IMG/VR virus record: IMGVR_UViG_3300032216_000678
Coordinates: 1-33,791 of that record
Direction: 5' to 3' (one strand)
Length of the DNA stretch: 33,791 bases
From: a virus
Taxonomy: Duplodnaviria > Caudoviricetes
A program made the translations under genes and the position numbers. Under the pieces are notes generated by a model. The model did no database searches. It had not been told where the DNA came from and saw only the letters and a list, made by a program, of their open reading frames with translations. Positions within the stretch are counted from its first letter, which is position 1. Every line of letters starts with the position of its first letter. Of the stretch, positions 33,595 through 33,791 are shown in pieces.

Positions 33595-33791
33595 GCTGGT
33601 AGATGCCGTTCTGCTTTGGTGTTGGTGGCAATCCGGCCTTTGCCCACCGTCTTACCACGGGCTTTCTGCACACGATCCATCATCGCGTAGAGCTTACGTG
33701 CGCCAGCTTCAGTCGAGCCATTACCCAGTTCAGAGACAATCCGTGCTGGAACCACAAACTCACCATCTGCGAGTCGGGCAGGCTGTTTACC
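33591..33791 (-). CDS. C terminus of a putative virion protein (partial)
   Basis: Manual translation GKQPARLADGEFVVPARIVSELGNGSTEAGARKLYAMMDRVQKAR...-stop; ATGA overlap with the next gene. Confidence 0.8.
   Translation of the reverse strand, partial: GKQPARLADGEFVVPARIVSELGNGSTEAGARKLYAMMDRVQKARGKTVGKGRIATNTKAERHLPA

Noticed and set aside
21916-33690. Many plus-strand and alternate-frame ORFs inside the large virion genes, and antisense ORFs in 347-760 and 3585-6361
   Set aside because: These are shadow ORFs of long motif-bearing genes, without RBSs or recognisable domains.

Overview
This window is about 34 kb of a tailed dsDNA phage (Caudoviricetes, podovirus-like architecture). The host is probably a freshwater betaproteobacterium, which is an inference from motif style and gene content. 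Layout from left to right: (1) partial terminase large subunit, a LexA-type wHTH gene and terminase small subunit on the minus strand, around a CACG/G-tract-rich putative pac or terminus region; (2) a non-coding segment with a dense DnaA-box cluster and an early sigma70 promoter; (3) an early operon with a SprT-like peptidase, CobS-like AAA+, CobT-like VWA protein and small ORFs including a duplicated gene; (4) a T7 gp4/Twinkle-like primase-helicase and an HNH gene preceded by about 1 kb of highly structured non-coding sequence; (5) RusA, PD-(D/E)XK exonuclease, Sak/Rad52-like annealing protein, SSB-like protein, an inserted homing endonuclease and many small accessory ORFs (Rap1a-like, metallophosphoesterase, GNAT); (6) internal-virion genes: a 2887-aa polyvalent protein, a Q/G/A-rich pilot-like protein and a DDxxD protein. 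I saw no DNA polymerase, integrase, tRNA or CRISPR. Most notable: at least 19 exact GTTTAAAC palindromes, the DnaA-box array, several unannotated structured RNA candidates (one ending in a CSB II-like G tract just upstream of the primase-helicase operon), and a polyvalent protein partitioned by repeated [KR][YL]S[LI] junctions. All family calls come from recognising motifs by eye; no database search was run.
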